Origin: a virus
DNA: 64,000 nucleotides
IMG/VR virus record: IMGVR_UViG_3300036859_000186
Location: 1 to 64,000 of that record
Strand: one strand, 5' to 3'
A program made the translations under genes and the position numbers. Below the pieces are notes generated by a model that was not told where the DNA came from, made no database searches, and worked only from the letters and a program-made list of their open reading frames with translations. Position 1 is the first letter of the stretch. Each line of letters begins with the position of its first letter. Positions 18,387 to 27,541 of the stretch are shown here, in pieces.

Positions 18387-18962
18387 TTAGACGCCCTCCT
18401 TTGCCGCCATGCGCTCACGAAGCGCACGTTCCTGTTCTCGCCGCTCATCATCCCATACCTTGCGGCAGGGCTCACATAGGGTCCGAATCCATCCCGAGGT
18501 CTCGGAGCCGCTGGTAATGGCGAGGTATCTAACCTTTTGCTTTTCCAGGTCGTAGCCGCTTTGACCGTCCTCCCCACACTCTTCACAGGTGTGGTAGGAA
18601 GCGTTCTCGACGGCTCGAATGATGGCATCCAGCGTCTTTGCGTAGGCTGGGTTGGTGTGCTTGTAGTCGACGTTCCCAACGTAGATGCGGAGGCCACCGA
18701 ACTTCTCTTTGATCTGGAAGATTTCGACGCCATGCAGCGCAGCAAGCTCGATGACTGGCTCGTAGAGCTTGGCCCACCCCTTGGCACACTCGATGCCGAA
18801 CATCTGATAGGAGGTCACGCGACCCTTGGCCTTCTGCTCGTCTGCCCAGGTGGTCTTGGTCAGACGAGGAAGCTTACCAATCCAATTACTTATGATGTTC
18901 ATGGCTTTATCTCTTTCTTGCCAACGAGGGCCAATGTCTGATCCTTCGTAAGTTTGAGGCAC
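18387..18962 (-). CDS. conserved phage protein (QIKEKFGGLR family) with Zn finger
   Basis: QIKEKFGGLRIY; CEECG...TLCEPC. Confidence 0.65.
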   Translation of the reverse strand: MPQTYEGSDIGPRWQERDKAMNIISNWIGKLPRLTKTTWADEQKAKGRVTSYQMFGIECAKGWAKLYEPVIELAALHGVEIFQIKEKFGGLRIYVGNVDYKHTNPAYAKTLDAIIRAVENASYHTCEECGEDGQSGYDLEKQKVRYLAITSGSETSGWIRTLCEPCRKVWDDERREQERALRERMAAKEGV

Positions 18963-19213
18963 GAGTCGGGAGGAATTCTTATACCCAGCCTTCGGGTTAC
19001 AGATTCACTTTTGAGAGTGACGACGGTCTCTCCGCCAGTGTAGATGGTGACGGCTAGAACGAAGGGCGCATTTGTGCTGCGCCACTGTCCCGTCCAGTCG
19101 TCGTATCTCAGTTTCTTTCCAGGAATCTTGGCTGAGCTTTTCCTCGGTATAGGCTCCTTAGCTGCCTTGCGTATTTCGACCCAACCCTTCATCCCGATGG
19201 CATAGTAGTTCAT
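18899..19213 (-). CDS. hypothetical protein
   Basis: AGGAG RBS. Confidence 0.45.
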   Translation of the reverse strand: MNYYAIGMKGWVEIRKAAKEPIPRKSSAKIPGKKLRYDDWTGQWRSTNAPFVLAVTIYTGGETVVTLKSESVTRRLGIRIPPDSCLKLTKDQTLALVGKKEIKP

Positions 19214-19357
19214 GCCGTCTCCTAGCGGACAATCAGCTGTCCAGGTTGTGGCACAACGATCTTTGCAAGGACTAGGCCGATTTCCTTGGCTCGCTTGCAG
19301 ATTCTTGCGTGTTCAACGAGGCCGTCCGCGTCGATGTAGAACTCTTCGCCGCAGCTC

Positions 19358-19711
19358 TTACAGCCACGAATCTTCGTCGCGTTCGCTTGTGATCCCATTG
19401 GCCTTCCCCCACTTGTTAAGAGCCGTCCAGTTGATGGTCCAGATATAAGCTCGGACCCGGTTGCCAGTGTTGGGATTTTTGTTCCATGATGTGAAGATCA
19501 CAGAGCCAAGGTCATTCTTCTCAATGAACTGGCGGAAGTTGTCGCCATACTTAGCGTTGGTTCCTGCTTCCGAAAAGACCGCGTATCGGAAGCGCTGGCC
19601 GTCACCCTCAGATTCCCGTAGGAATTCGAGCATGGCATCCTCGGAGTGGCGTATGCCGGAGAGGTTGTCGATCTCTCTCATCCCGCAGCACTGCATGTCT
19701 TGGAGATACAT
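19358..19711 (-). CDS. hypothetical protein, paralog of 27113-27541 (degenerate GNAT-like)
   Basis: CCGMREI...LGSVI...KNP...W shared with paralog. Confidence 0.6.
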   Translation of the reverse strand: MYLQDMQCCGMREIDNLSGIRHSEDAMLEFLRESEGDGQRFRYAVFSEAGTNAKYGDNFRQFIEKNDLGSVIFTSWNKNPNTGNRVRAYIWTINWTALNKWGKANGITSERDEDSWL

Positions 19712-19714
19712 CGG

Positions 19715-20659
19715 CTACTCCCTTCCCTGCGCCCATTGCCTAATGGCGTTGGCGTAAACGTCCACGCTTCCACCCTCAAGACCAGGAGCCCGGTTGACTT
19801 CCAGAACGATGAGGCTGCCATCGCGCTTTTCGCCGATGTCCACCGCACCGAAATCGAGACCAAGGGCCTCGACGGCTTCGTGGGCCAGATCACGGTGGGC
19901 CTGTCTAGAGGTTTGCCCATCGTAAAGGATGCGCCAACCCCCGTCCCATGACCTGATCCATGCGTGAGCACGTCGAGTCCCATTGGCACCGTCGAGAGAG
20001 AAGCCCTCTCTCAATGCCTTGACGCCAGCCCGGAGGCTGCGTCCCTTGAAGGAGTGAACCCGGACTTCCTGCACGAGGTCTTCCTTCTTTGCGTAGTAGT
20101 CGCCGCCACGGTTGGCGAGCAGGTCGTTCCCACCGACGTGACTGTTGGAGCGGCTGAGCCATTCTCCCACAGGTCGGCCCGGTTGTGCAACCGGAGCCGC
20201 GATTGCCAGGGCTCCAGTCAGTCCGTTCAGCTTGGCGAGGAGGTCGCGGACACCGTCCACGAGTGGTCCTCGACGGGGAAGAGGTCCCGCAGGGAGTGTC
20301 AGATTGACCAGTTCCTCGGCCGCTTCCTGGGCATCGCGCATGATGGCGATTGCAGGATCGACCGCAGCAGCCACCGGAGGAGGCGCTGCTGGGCGCTGGA
20401 GTGAGACCTGAATTGTTGGAACCCCTTCCCGCGCCAAGAGTTCGGCGTCGGAAAACTTGTTGCGGATGGTCGTGCCGTTCAGAACACGCACACCACGGAT
20501 TTCTGGGACCGCTTCACCCCAGGCAATGACCACGTCACCGGCACGGGCCTTGCGTTCGATGGGAACCTCAGTTCCTCGAAAGCGGCGAGCACCCTGTCCA
20601 AGCGCTTCCGCAAGCAGACGAGCCCCCGTAGAGGCGTTCTTTCTGTAAACGTAAATCAC
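19715..20659 (-). CDS. ATP-grasp peptide ligase (RimK-like)
   Basis: NKF...GVPT, EVRVH, LGLDFGAVD, LEVNRAPGL. Confidence 0.85.
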   Translation of the reverse strand: MIYVYRKNASTGARLLAEALGQGARRFRGTEVPIERKARAGDVVIAWGEAVPEIRGVRVLNGTTIRNKFSDAELLAREGVPTIQVSLQRPAAPPPVAAAVDPAIAIMRDAQEAAEELVNLTLPAGPLPRRGPLVDGVRDLLAKLNGLTGALAIAAPVAQPGRPVGEWLSRSNSHVGGNDLLANRGGDYYAKKEDLVQEVRVHSFKGRSLRAGVKALREGFSLDGANGTRRAHAWIRSWDGGWRILYDGQTSRQAHRDLAHEAVEALGLDFGAVDIGEKRDGSLIVLEVNRAPGLEGGSVDVYANAIRQWAQGRE

Positions 20660-20690
20660 GACTATCCTCCCCGGCGCAGAAATCGCGCCG

Positions 20691-21008
20691 CTAATACCCT
20701 TGCCGTTTTCGGTAATTAACCCTCTTCTGCTCACGCTGCTTCCAACCACTGAGCCACTGTGTGTAACGGTAGGGCCACGTCGGAAAGATGAAGCCGAACG
20801 TCACAATTGTCACTGCGTAAGAGACTACGCAGACTATCGCCGCAACCCACGTCAGAACGAGGTCAAAGAACGATATGGGATAGAACGTCACGAACGCCTT
20901 ACCGGGAGACTGGCCATGGATTACGAGGAAGCCAATGAGCCGGAGAAGGAACAAGGCCGCAGCGGCCAAGCCAATTATGACGAGGATAAGAGCCACGATT
21001 CCCCACAT
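20691..21008 (-). CDS. membrane protein
   Basis: Hydrophobic helices; AAGGAG RBS. Confidence 0.5.
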   Translation of the reverse strand: MWGIVALILVIIGLAAAALFLLRLIGFLVIHGQSPGKAFVTFYPISFFDLVLTWVAAIVCVVSYAVTIVTFGFIFPTWPYRYTQWLSGWKQREQKRVNYRKRQGY

Positions 21009-21009
21009 G

Positions 21010-21165
21010 TTAGGCTCCTTTCTTGGCCCCACAGACGGTGCAGACCCAGCCGTTGTCTTTGGCGGCAAGGTTGTGGACCCTCATGCCAGGACCATACTTC
21101 TTGTCCTGGTATTCGTGAACGCAAGTGCAACCTCGCACGGAGGTAGCTTTCTTAGGATCAGCCAT
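21010..21165 (-). CDS. small Zn-binding phage protein
   Basis: CTCVHEYQD...YG...RVHN...CTVCG. Confidence 0.6.
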   Translation of the reverse strand: MADPKKATSVRGCTCVHEYQDKKYGPGMRVHNLAAKDNGWVCTVCGAKKGA

Positions 21166-21482
21166 AGGACTCCTCCTTTGTAGCGGGGCTGCCTTTGTCA
21201 TCTTCCCACTGATCAAGAAACATTTGCACATCAACAGTGATGTTCTTGAGATCGGTCAAAGCCGTGCCACTCACAGGTCGTTTGGCCATTGCTCGTTTAA
21301 TTTGACTCTCGAAACTGTCGAGACACTCGTCCAGAAGTTCAAGGGCTACCTGAAGGTCTGCTTCCAGACTTTCAGTATAAGCGACGTATTGATCGTCGTG
21401 CTCAATGCTCACCTCGACGACCGTCTCACCTTCTTTGGCTGGCGGTTTGTCGGGCTCCGGCACCATGTCGCATAGTCGCATG

Positions 21483-22592
21483 TTAACCCTCATCATCCCC
21501 AATGAGCGGAGCATTATTCCAAGCAATACGCTCATCGGGCTGGAGTGCTTGAGGAGGAGCCGCAGGTTGCGGCATACGACCCTCTTCAAGAATCATCCGA
21601 CGAAGTTGCTCCATTGCCAGGGCATGATCTTCTTGCTGTTGTGCTTGGATTTCACCTCGTCCGATTCCCGCCCATTCCCGGCGGTTCAGCACTGGTCGTG
21701 GATCATCCGGCTCAAGCCGATCTCGCTCAAATGGAGCAGGTTCGGGGAACGGTTGAGGGGGTGCTGGCATATGGAATACCGCTGCACCACCACGTCCTAC
21801 TGCACGACCGGCCCGACCAACCTGTGCAGGTCGTGGGACATCAAAGGGACCATCGAGGTCCAGGCCCAAGCGACGGCCCGCTACGGCTCCACCGAATTGT
21901 GCATCAGGTGGTCGCACCGGCTGAGGAAGCGGTTGCCCGTCCTCGGTGTGCTGACCGCAGTTGACCTTCTTCGAGTGCAGATTCTTGTAGCCTCGACCCA
22001 ACGTGACTGGCGCTTCACAGAAGTCACATGCCACAGCTTGGGGTCGAACACAGTGGTGGCAGTAGAGGATGGTCCGCCCATCATCCCGACCCACAGTGAC
22101 CATTTCACCCTCGTTTAGCTTCCGGGAGCAAACGCCACACTGAGTTTCGGTGAGATTGGAGGCCGCCAACTTGGCCATCTCGTCGGGTCGCAGGAGAACT
22201 TGACGCAACTGACGGATGACCTTCCCAGACAGAGTGTTGGCTGGAAATGGAAGCTGAAGGACCGCAGCGAGTTTGTCGATGAGGTCTCCATCCTCTCCTT
22301 TGTATTCCTGCCCAAGCTGCTCCAGAGCAAGGTTGATCATGGTCTTCCACGAGGTCCGACCCGGATCTTCGTCCGTGCCGTCGTAGAACTGGAGATGACC
22401 CCAGTTGCCGAACTTGAAGACCCCGTCCAACTGTTTGTAAGGGTCCACATAGTCTCGTGAACTGAACCGCCCGTCCTTGTAACTACGCCAGACGTTGGCG
22501 TGGACATCCTCAAAGCGTGCGCCAGCACCGTGCTCCAGGTAGAGCATGGCGATAACAGCTCGCTTCAGGTAGTCGTTGTAAAGCCTGATCAT
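21483..22592 (-). CDS. hypothetical protein with Zn-finger domain and low-complexity tail
   Basis: CGVC, CHHC, CDFC; GGAGG RBS. Confidence 0.6.
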   Translation of the reverse strand: MIRLYNDYLKRAVIAMLYLEHGAGARFEDVHANVWRSYKDGRFSSRDYVDPYKQLDGVFKFGNWGHLQFYDGTDEDPGRTSWKTMINLALEQLGQEYKGEDGDLIDKLAAVLQLPFPANTLSGKVIRQLRQVLLRPDEMAKLAASNLTETQCGVCSRKLNEGEMVTVGRDDGRTILYCHHCVRPQAVACDFCEAPVTLGRGYKNLHSKKVNCGQHTEDGQPLPQPVRPPDAQFGGAVAGRRLGLDLDGPFDVPRPAQVGRAGRAVGRGGAAVFHMPAPPQPFPEPAPFERDRLEPDDPRPVLNRREWAGIGRGEIQAQQQEDHALAMEQLRRMILEEGRMPQPAAPPQALQPDERIAWNNAPLIGDDEG

Positions 22593-22602
22593 TGTTCCTC
22601 CC

Positions 22603-23817
22603 TTACAACCGTCCTTGAAAATGGACCCCACGGACGAAGTCGTTTCGGCGTCGTTCTCGCTCCGACTCACAATCTGGCATTACACCGGATGCGAGCTGTT
22701 GTTCTAATGGAAGGTCCCGGTGCCGTCCTGCGACCCATCGTTGGGCAGAGCGAGCCACGACCCCTGCTGGCGGAGTTCGTCTCTCAGCCATCTCAGGAAT
22801 TTCGGGAATTGATGGATCGGTGGCGGGGGCCGCATCGCCGGTCCAGTGTTTCTGAGCGGCGGCAGAGTTCCCCCCTGCCGCACTTTTGTAATGGGCGGGT
22901 AGAACCCCTAGTGGATCAGGGTTTTGCCGCCCTTCTGCTCCAACTTCGTTTGCATCACGAACAAGGCTTCCAAGTCTTTGTGATACGCCTTCTTCGCCGC
23001 CTTCCACTTCCTCCGACCGATCTTCTTCGCCCGATACAGCCTCGTCGCCTCGGCGAAAGGTTGTCCCAGGCGGGAGGGAACCTCCGGTCCCCTTAGTCCG
23101 TTTCGTGGATTCTTGTGAGGCCCCAGGGCTCCTGGACCCATTCTTGTCCGTTCCAGTGCTGTCTCCCGTTGCCCCCACCGTAGGGCGGTCATCGTCCTTG
23201 CGACCTCCCTGGTTGTTCACATATCCCACGTTCCGGGATACGCCCCGAAACTCCCAGTGCTTGTTGCTGCACCACACCTCCTCACTCATCGACCAGGGTC
23301 CGCCGAACAATTCCAGCTGGCCCTTGGGCGTGAAGACGACGACCTTCTCGTCGATCATTTCGAGGATGCCAAGACCGTAGTGATGGGCGAGCCAGGCCAT
23401 CGTGCGGCTGTCGCTCCACTTCCCGGAGGGAAGCTTGAATCCCACGTTCTTGACGGCGGCTTCAAGGGCAACGTCCTTGTATTTGCCCCAGTGGCCGTTG
23501 TGAAACAGCACCGGATTGGGTCCTTGACCCTCGATGGTTGTGGTCGCGTTCTCGTCCACCACGAACGGGTGGGTGAGGAAGCGAGATGGCCCACCGCAGC
23601 TTGCGATGCGAAAGTGGAGCACGTAAGGCAGCGGAATCTCTTTGGCAAGGTCCTGGATTTCCCCAAGTTCCATGCCCTTCTTCCACTGCACCCAGGGCTC
23701 ACCCTTGGGACCCTCGACACGCCAAGCGGCACCGGCCCCCTCAGCGTTCGTTTCGTAGGCCCTCTCGATCATGCTCTCGGTTGGGCGCTTCTTCTCTGCA
23801 ATGAAAATGACACACAT
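22603..23817 (-). CDS. class II (Ntn) glutamine amidotransferase
   Basis: Met-Cys N-terminus; HFRIAS, HPF, HNG, SDSR. Confidence 0.9.
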   Translation of the reverse strand: MCVIFIAEKKRPTESMIERAYETNAEGAGAAWRVEGPKGEPWVQWKKGMELGEIQDLAKEIPLPYVLHFRIASCGGPSRFLTHPFVVDENATTTIEGQGPNPVLFHNGHWGKYKDVALEAAVKNVGFKLPSGKWSDSRTMAWLAHHYGLGILEMIDEKVVVFTPKGQLELFGGPWSMSEEVWCSNKHWEFRGVSRNVGYVNNQGGRKDDDRPTVGATGDSTGTDKNGSRSPGASQESTKRTKGTGGSLPPGTTFRRGDEAVSGEEDRSEEVEGGEEGVSQRLGSLVRDANEVGAEGRQNPDPLGVLPAHYKSAAGGNSAAAQKHWTGDAAPATDPSIPEIPEMAERRTPPAGVVARSAQRWVAGRHRDLPLEQQLASGVMPDCESERERRRNDFVRGVHFQGRL

Positions 23818-23889
23818 GGTGAATGCTGCCTCCTAGGGGCACAAAGCGCCCCGTTAAAGTGCCAGTTAACGGACTTCTACCCCTTCTTT

Positions 23890-24630
23890 CTAGACGTTGA
23901 CTCTCCGATGAACGATGAGCGGCTCGTCGTCGAGAGCGACACCCCCCACCACTGCACGCTCTCTCCTGGCCGTTGCCACCAGGAAAGCATTCGTGATTCT
24001 CATGATCTCCTGCACCGCTTCCAACCCTTGTTCGGGGGTCTTCATCATTGGCAGGAGTCTGCACTCAGCCGTCGTGTAACGGCCATAGCAGTAGTTGACG
24101 ACCGAATACCGATTGCCCTCACGGTTCTGGTCGAAATCCTTGGCCGCGTTCGTCGCTTGTTCGTCGGCACTGAAGATGTGCTGACAATAGCGGCTCTTCC
24201 CAGCAAGGCGGTCCCAGATGGCGTGGTCTTTGGGAAGACCAACCTTCTTGGCCCATAGCTCCACCTCAGCCAGAATCGTGGCCGGGTAGGTGTTCACCAT
24301 GATGCGCTGGTAGCTCATGGCGTTCTTGAACGATAGATGGACGTGCATGCCGCAGGTCTGGTTCACAGCCTGCGGATAGAACTTCGCCATCCATCCGGGC
24401 AGCTCTTCGGGTGACAGTGGTGGAGACGGCAGCTCTCCTATGTGGACAATGGGATGATCCTGATCGAGAGAATCCCCATGTCCCACATGAACAGAGCCGT
24501 CGTGACCGATGCGTGTTCCTGCAGGGATCTTAGTCCAACCCCCCTCCAGCTCCACGCCAACCTTGTAAACCCGATTGAACCTCACCCGAATGCCGCTCAA
24601 ATCAATCGGCTTTCCGAGTTTCCCTGCCAT
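23890..24630 (-). CDS. putative amidoligase (amidoligase_2 type)
   Basis: GVELEG, HDGSV, GELPS, CGMHVH, RY...N, ECRL. Confidence 0.85.
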   Translation of the reverse strand: MAGKLGKPIDLSGIRVRFNRVYKVGVELEGGWTKIPAGTRIGHDGSVHVGHGDSLDQDHPIVHIGELPSPPLSPEELPGWMAKFYPQAVNQTCGMHVHLSFKNAMSYQRIMVNTYPATILAEVELWAKKVGLPKDHAIWDRLAGKSRYCQHIFSADEQATNAAKDFDQNREGNRYSVVNYCYGRYTTAECRLLPMMKTPEQGLEAVQEIMRITNAFLVATARRERAVVGGVALDDEPLIVHRRVNV

Positions 24631-24755
24631 TGCTTTTCCTCCCCTCCCCCAAAGATGAGGGAAAAATCCACCTCGACCCTCTCAACAAACGACGTTGGCG
24701 ACGCTTTGCGTTCTCTCGCAAGCGTCTCTCCATATCGGCAGAGCGCTTGGTCATG

Positions 24756-25286
24756 TTACGGCATTTCCTGGGTGCTCACGAGGACATACATGTCCACGGG
24801 CTTCAGGAACTCCTGGTAGAGCGCCCTTGAGGCGTCCTCGATCTTCTTTGCGATGGCTTGCACCATCTCAGTGGTGTAGACGCCCTTGACGCTGAAGGTC
24901 ACACCCTCAGCTTCAGAGATGCCCACGAGCCTCAGGAAGCTCATGTTAATGCAGTCGTATTCGTCATGGAACAGCAGCCGATCTCCAGGCTTGTCCAAAC
25001 GATACGCGGAGCCCAGCTTCCGGCCGACGATGTTCGTCAGGCCCCCATCATTCGCCATGTGATAGCAAGCAAGAGGCTTCGCATCCTCCCCAGTCTGGCC
25101 GACCCAGTAGCGAGCCATAGCCCGCACTTCCATGATATCGCCGGTTCCGATGGCCTTCATGAAGGCTTCGACTTTGGGGTGAGCCCAGATATTGATGCTC
25201 AGTCCTTCGTGGTTGCGGCGAATCCGTGTTCTGATGCACTGCTCGCCACGGGCGTTCTTCTCGATCTGGATGATGTTCGGTTCCAC
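24756..25286 (-). CDS. hypothetical protein
   Basis: GGAGG RBS, GTG start. Confidence 0.55.
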   Translation of the reverse strand: MEPNIIQIEKNARGEQCIRTRIRRNHEGLSINIWAHPKVEAFMKAIGTGDIMEVRAMARYWVGQTGEDAKPLACYHMANDGGLTNIVGRKLGSAYRLDKPGDRLLFHDEYDCINMSFLRLVGISEAEGVTFSVKGVYTTEMVQAIAKKIEDASRALYQEFLKPVDMYVLVSTQEMP

Positions 25287-25866
25287 TGCAGTCCTCCCTA
25301 AAAACTGAACGGCTTCGCCTCAACAGGGACGCCGGGGTCTTGAATGACGGGACGGACGACACCATCCTTGCATCGGACAGTGCCATTCTCGTTGAATTTA
25401 TGTTCGCACTGATAGCATCCACCGCACCGCGAGCAGCGATACGGGAAGATCCTATCATCGTGTTCATCGTGCACTTGGCACTTTAAGTTCATGAAGCAAC
25501 CTCGTTCTGGTTTCGAGATCGACTTGCAAGGCTTCCATCATCTGGAGGGACGCACCAAGCCTCTTTGACAGGTCATTGAGACTCTGCCCGGCTCCAGTAG
25601 CGGCACGAACGTTGTCGATGACAATAGACGCCTCTTCAAGCGTGTTCCTTACAGAGTGCCACGGATGAAGGACCATCCGCCGAAGAGTCGCTTTGTTGCG
25701 TCGGTTTATGTCCATGGCGTTTGGATTCCCAGGCACGCTCCATGATTGGCCGTCTCGAAGTAGAGCCCAAAGGCACCCTCGTAAGAGAAGACTCGAATCA
25801 TGAGCTGACCAGTGGGCCGCTTTTTGAAGCGTCCGATCTTCCAGAGGTCAACGATGAGGGGATTTC

Positions 25867-26907
25867 TCATGATCGAGCCACCGTCTTCTGGAGGAAGTTT
25901 TCCCATCCGCACTCGTGGCCCTCGGGCAGCGTCGTCCAATGCTTCATGGGATCATCAGGGAACCATGCTTCGAGTCCGTCGGTATCGATCTTGGCAACGA
26001 ACTTCTGGAACTGCTTCAGTTCGTGACCAGCCGATAGCCCTCGGTCCGTATTTCCTCCGACGTGGGCTTCGAGGAATTGGGAGAACTTCTCGAAGTTTGC
26101 CTTGGCAAGCCCCACGTCATTGAGGTTGATGGCCCGTCGAACCCTTGGGAGCGGCACCATTCCACGGAGAGTCTTCTCCGCTTCCCAGCGCTTCTCGCCC
26201 ATGATGTCGCTCACCAAACGCCCCAACCCCATCACGAAGGACATGAGCGGGTAAGCTCGAAGCCAGGTGTTGGAGAGCGTTCGGTATTCGACGCCGAAGG
26301 GTTGCTCACGGAACTCACCAGCCCGTCCGTAGACGCGCCGACGAGTTCGCATGAGAGGGTGTCGGTCAAACAGCACCGCTGTGTTGCCGATCACGATGTC
26401 ACAGAGCGCAACGAAGCGCTCATAGCCATCCTCCTCGTGAAGGAGTTCGTTGATGTTGCCGAAGTGCAGGTGCCCACCAGCGGACCGCGTTCGATACGTG
26501 AACGGGTTCACACGGACACCAACCTGCCGCTTGTAAATGCTCTTGCTTGGATTGCACCCAAGCATCTTGACCCGATCAGGCATGGCGTCCATGTCCCGTT
26601 TCGGGATGCGAATCACCGGAGTCCAACAGACCGTGAGGTCGGTGTCTTCCAGTTTGTGCTGAAGGCGACGCATGATGTCGGCCATCATATTGCCAATCTC
26701 AGCACGACAGAACGCTGCCTGTGGGTTGATCTCCAGCTGGATGCCGTCTCGGACGATCTTGCCGAGCCCCTTGAGTTTCATCCCTGCTTCTGGAATCAGC
26801 TCGGACGATGGAACGATGTGACCGTTCCGCGCCAAGAACAACTCTGGGTCCGAACCGAACGATGGATCGGAGTTGTTCTCCACCAATTTCGCATACTGCA
26901 AAGCCAC
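25867..26907 (-). CDS. phiEco32-like COOH-NH2 ligase (type 2)
   Basis: GSDPE, DGIQLE, GCNP, RSAGGHLH, RRRVYGRAG, GVEYRTLSN. Confidence 0.9.
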   Translation of the reverse strand: MALQYAKLVENNSDPSFGSDPELFLARNGHIVPSSELIPEAGMKLKGLGKIVRDGIQLEINPQAAFCRAEIGNMMADIMRRLQHKLEDTDLTVCWTPVIRIPKRDMDAMPDRVKMLGCNPSKSIYKRQVGVRVNPFTYRTRSAGGHLHFGNINELLHEEDGYERFVALCDIVIGNTAVLFDRHPLMRTRRRVYGRAGEFREQPFGVEYRTLSNTWLRAYPLMSFVMGLGRLVSDIMGEKRWEAEKTLRGMVPLPRVRRAINLNDVGLAKANFEKFSQFLEAHVGGNTDRGLSAGHELKQFQKFVAKIDTDGLEAWFPDDPMKHWTTLPEGHECGWENFLQKTVARS

Positions 26908-26976
26908 GACTTCCTCCCCGCCGCGAAAATCGCGGCACCAACGCTGCCTTTACTCAGCACTGGCTTGTGTGAAATG

Positions 26977-27041
26977 TGTGGACAAGAGATTGCGAGGGAC
27001 CATTTTTATCGCCAAAGATAACGGTCCCAATTCGGCCCACA
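26977..27041 (-). ncRNA. Y-RNA-like ncRNA copy 3 (minimal form)
   Basis: TGTGGGC-C-GAA-TTGGGACC-GTTATC-TTTGGC-GATAA...GGTCCC...CTT-GTCCACA. Confidence 0.75.
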
Positions 27042-27112
27042 ACGGTTTCTGACACACAAAGGGATTTCAACGGCCCAGTCTAAGGCCCCTTGTAGCTGAC
27101 TCCGCCGACTGA

Positions 27113-27541
27113 CTAGTAACGTTCTGTCGTCTTGCTGACTTTCCCTTCCTTCGTCCACTGCGCGATCAGCTTGTTCAGCTGAGTGTAGTCCGGGTTCCAC
27201 ACCACCACGGTTGAGCTGTGGGGAGGATGCACCGGATTCTTGACGAACTCAGAGCGAATGACCGCTCCGAGCTTGTGCTCGGTGACGAACGCCATGAAGG
27301 CGTCCGCATAGAACTTGTGTTCCCCGAGCCACTTCTTGTAGTTCGTGCCCCAGTCCGTCACGTCGGCGAGACACAAGATGATGCACGGCGACCGCATACC
27401 CTTCTTGAGGGCGGCAGCCAGATACGTCTCAAGACTGTCGGCATGGCACAGCCCGCCGATCTCCTGGACGCCACAGTTCTCGACGTAACCCGTTTGTCCC
27501 ATGGTCAGCGCTCTCCTCGGTGAAAGTGATGGCTCATACAT
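27113..27541 (-). CDS. hypothetical protein, paralog of 19358-19711
   Basis: NCGVQEI...LGAVI...KNP...W; start overlaps Ro60 stop. Confidence 0.6.
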   Translation of the reverse strand: MYEPSLSPRRALTMGQTGYVENCGVQEIGGLCHADSLETYLAAALKKGMRSPCIILCLADVTDWGTNYKKWLGEHKFYADAFMAFVTEHKLGAVIRSEFVKNPVHPPHSSTVVVWNPDYTQLNKLIAQWTKEGKVSKTTERY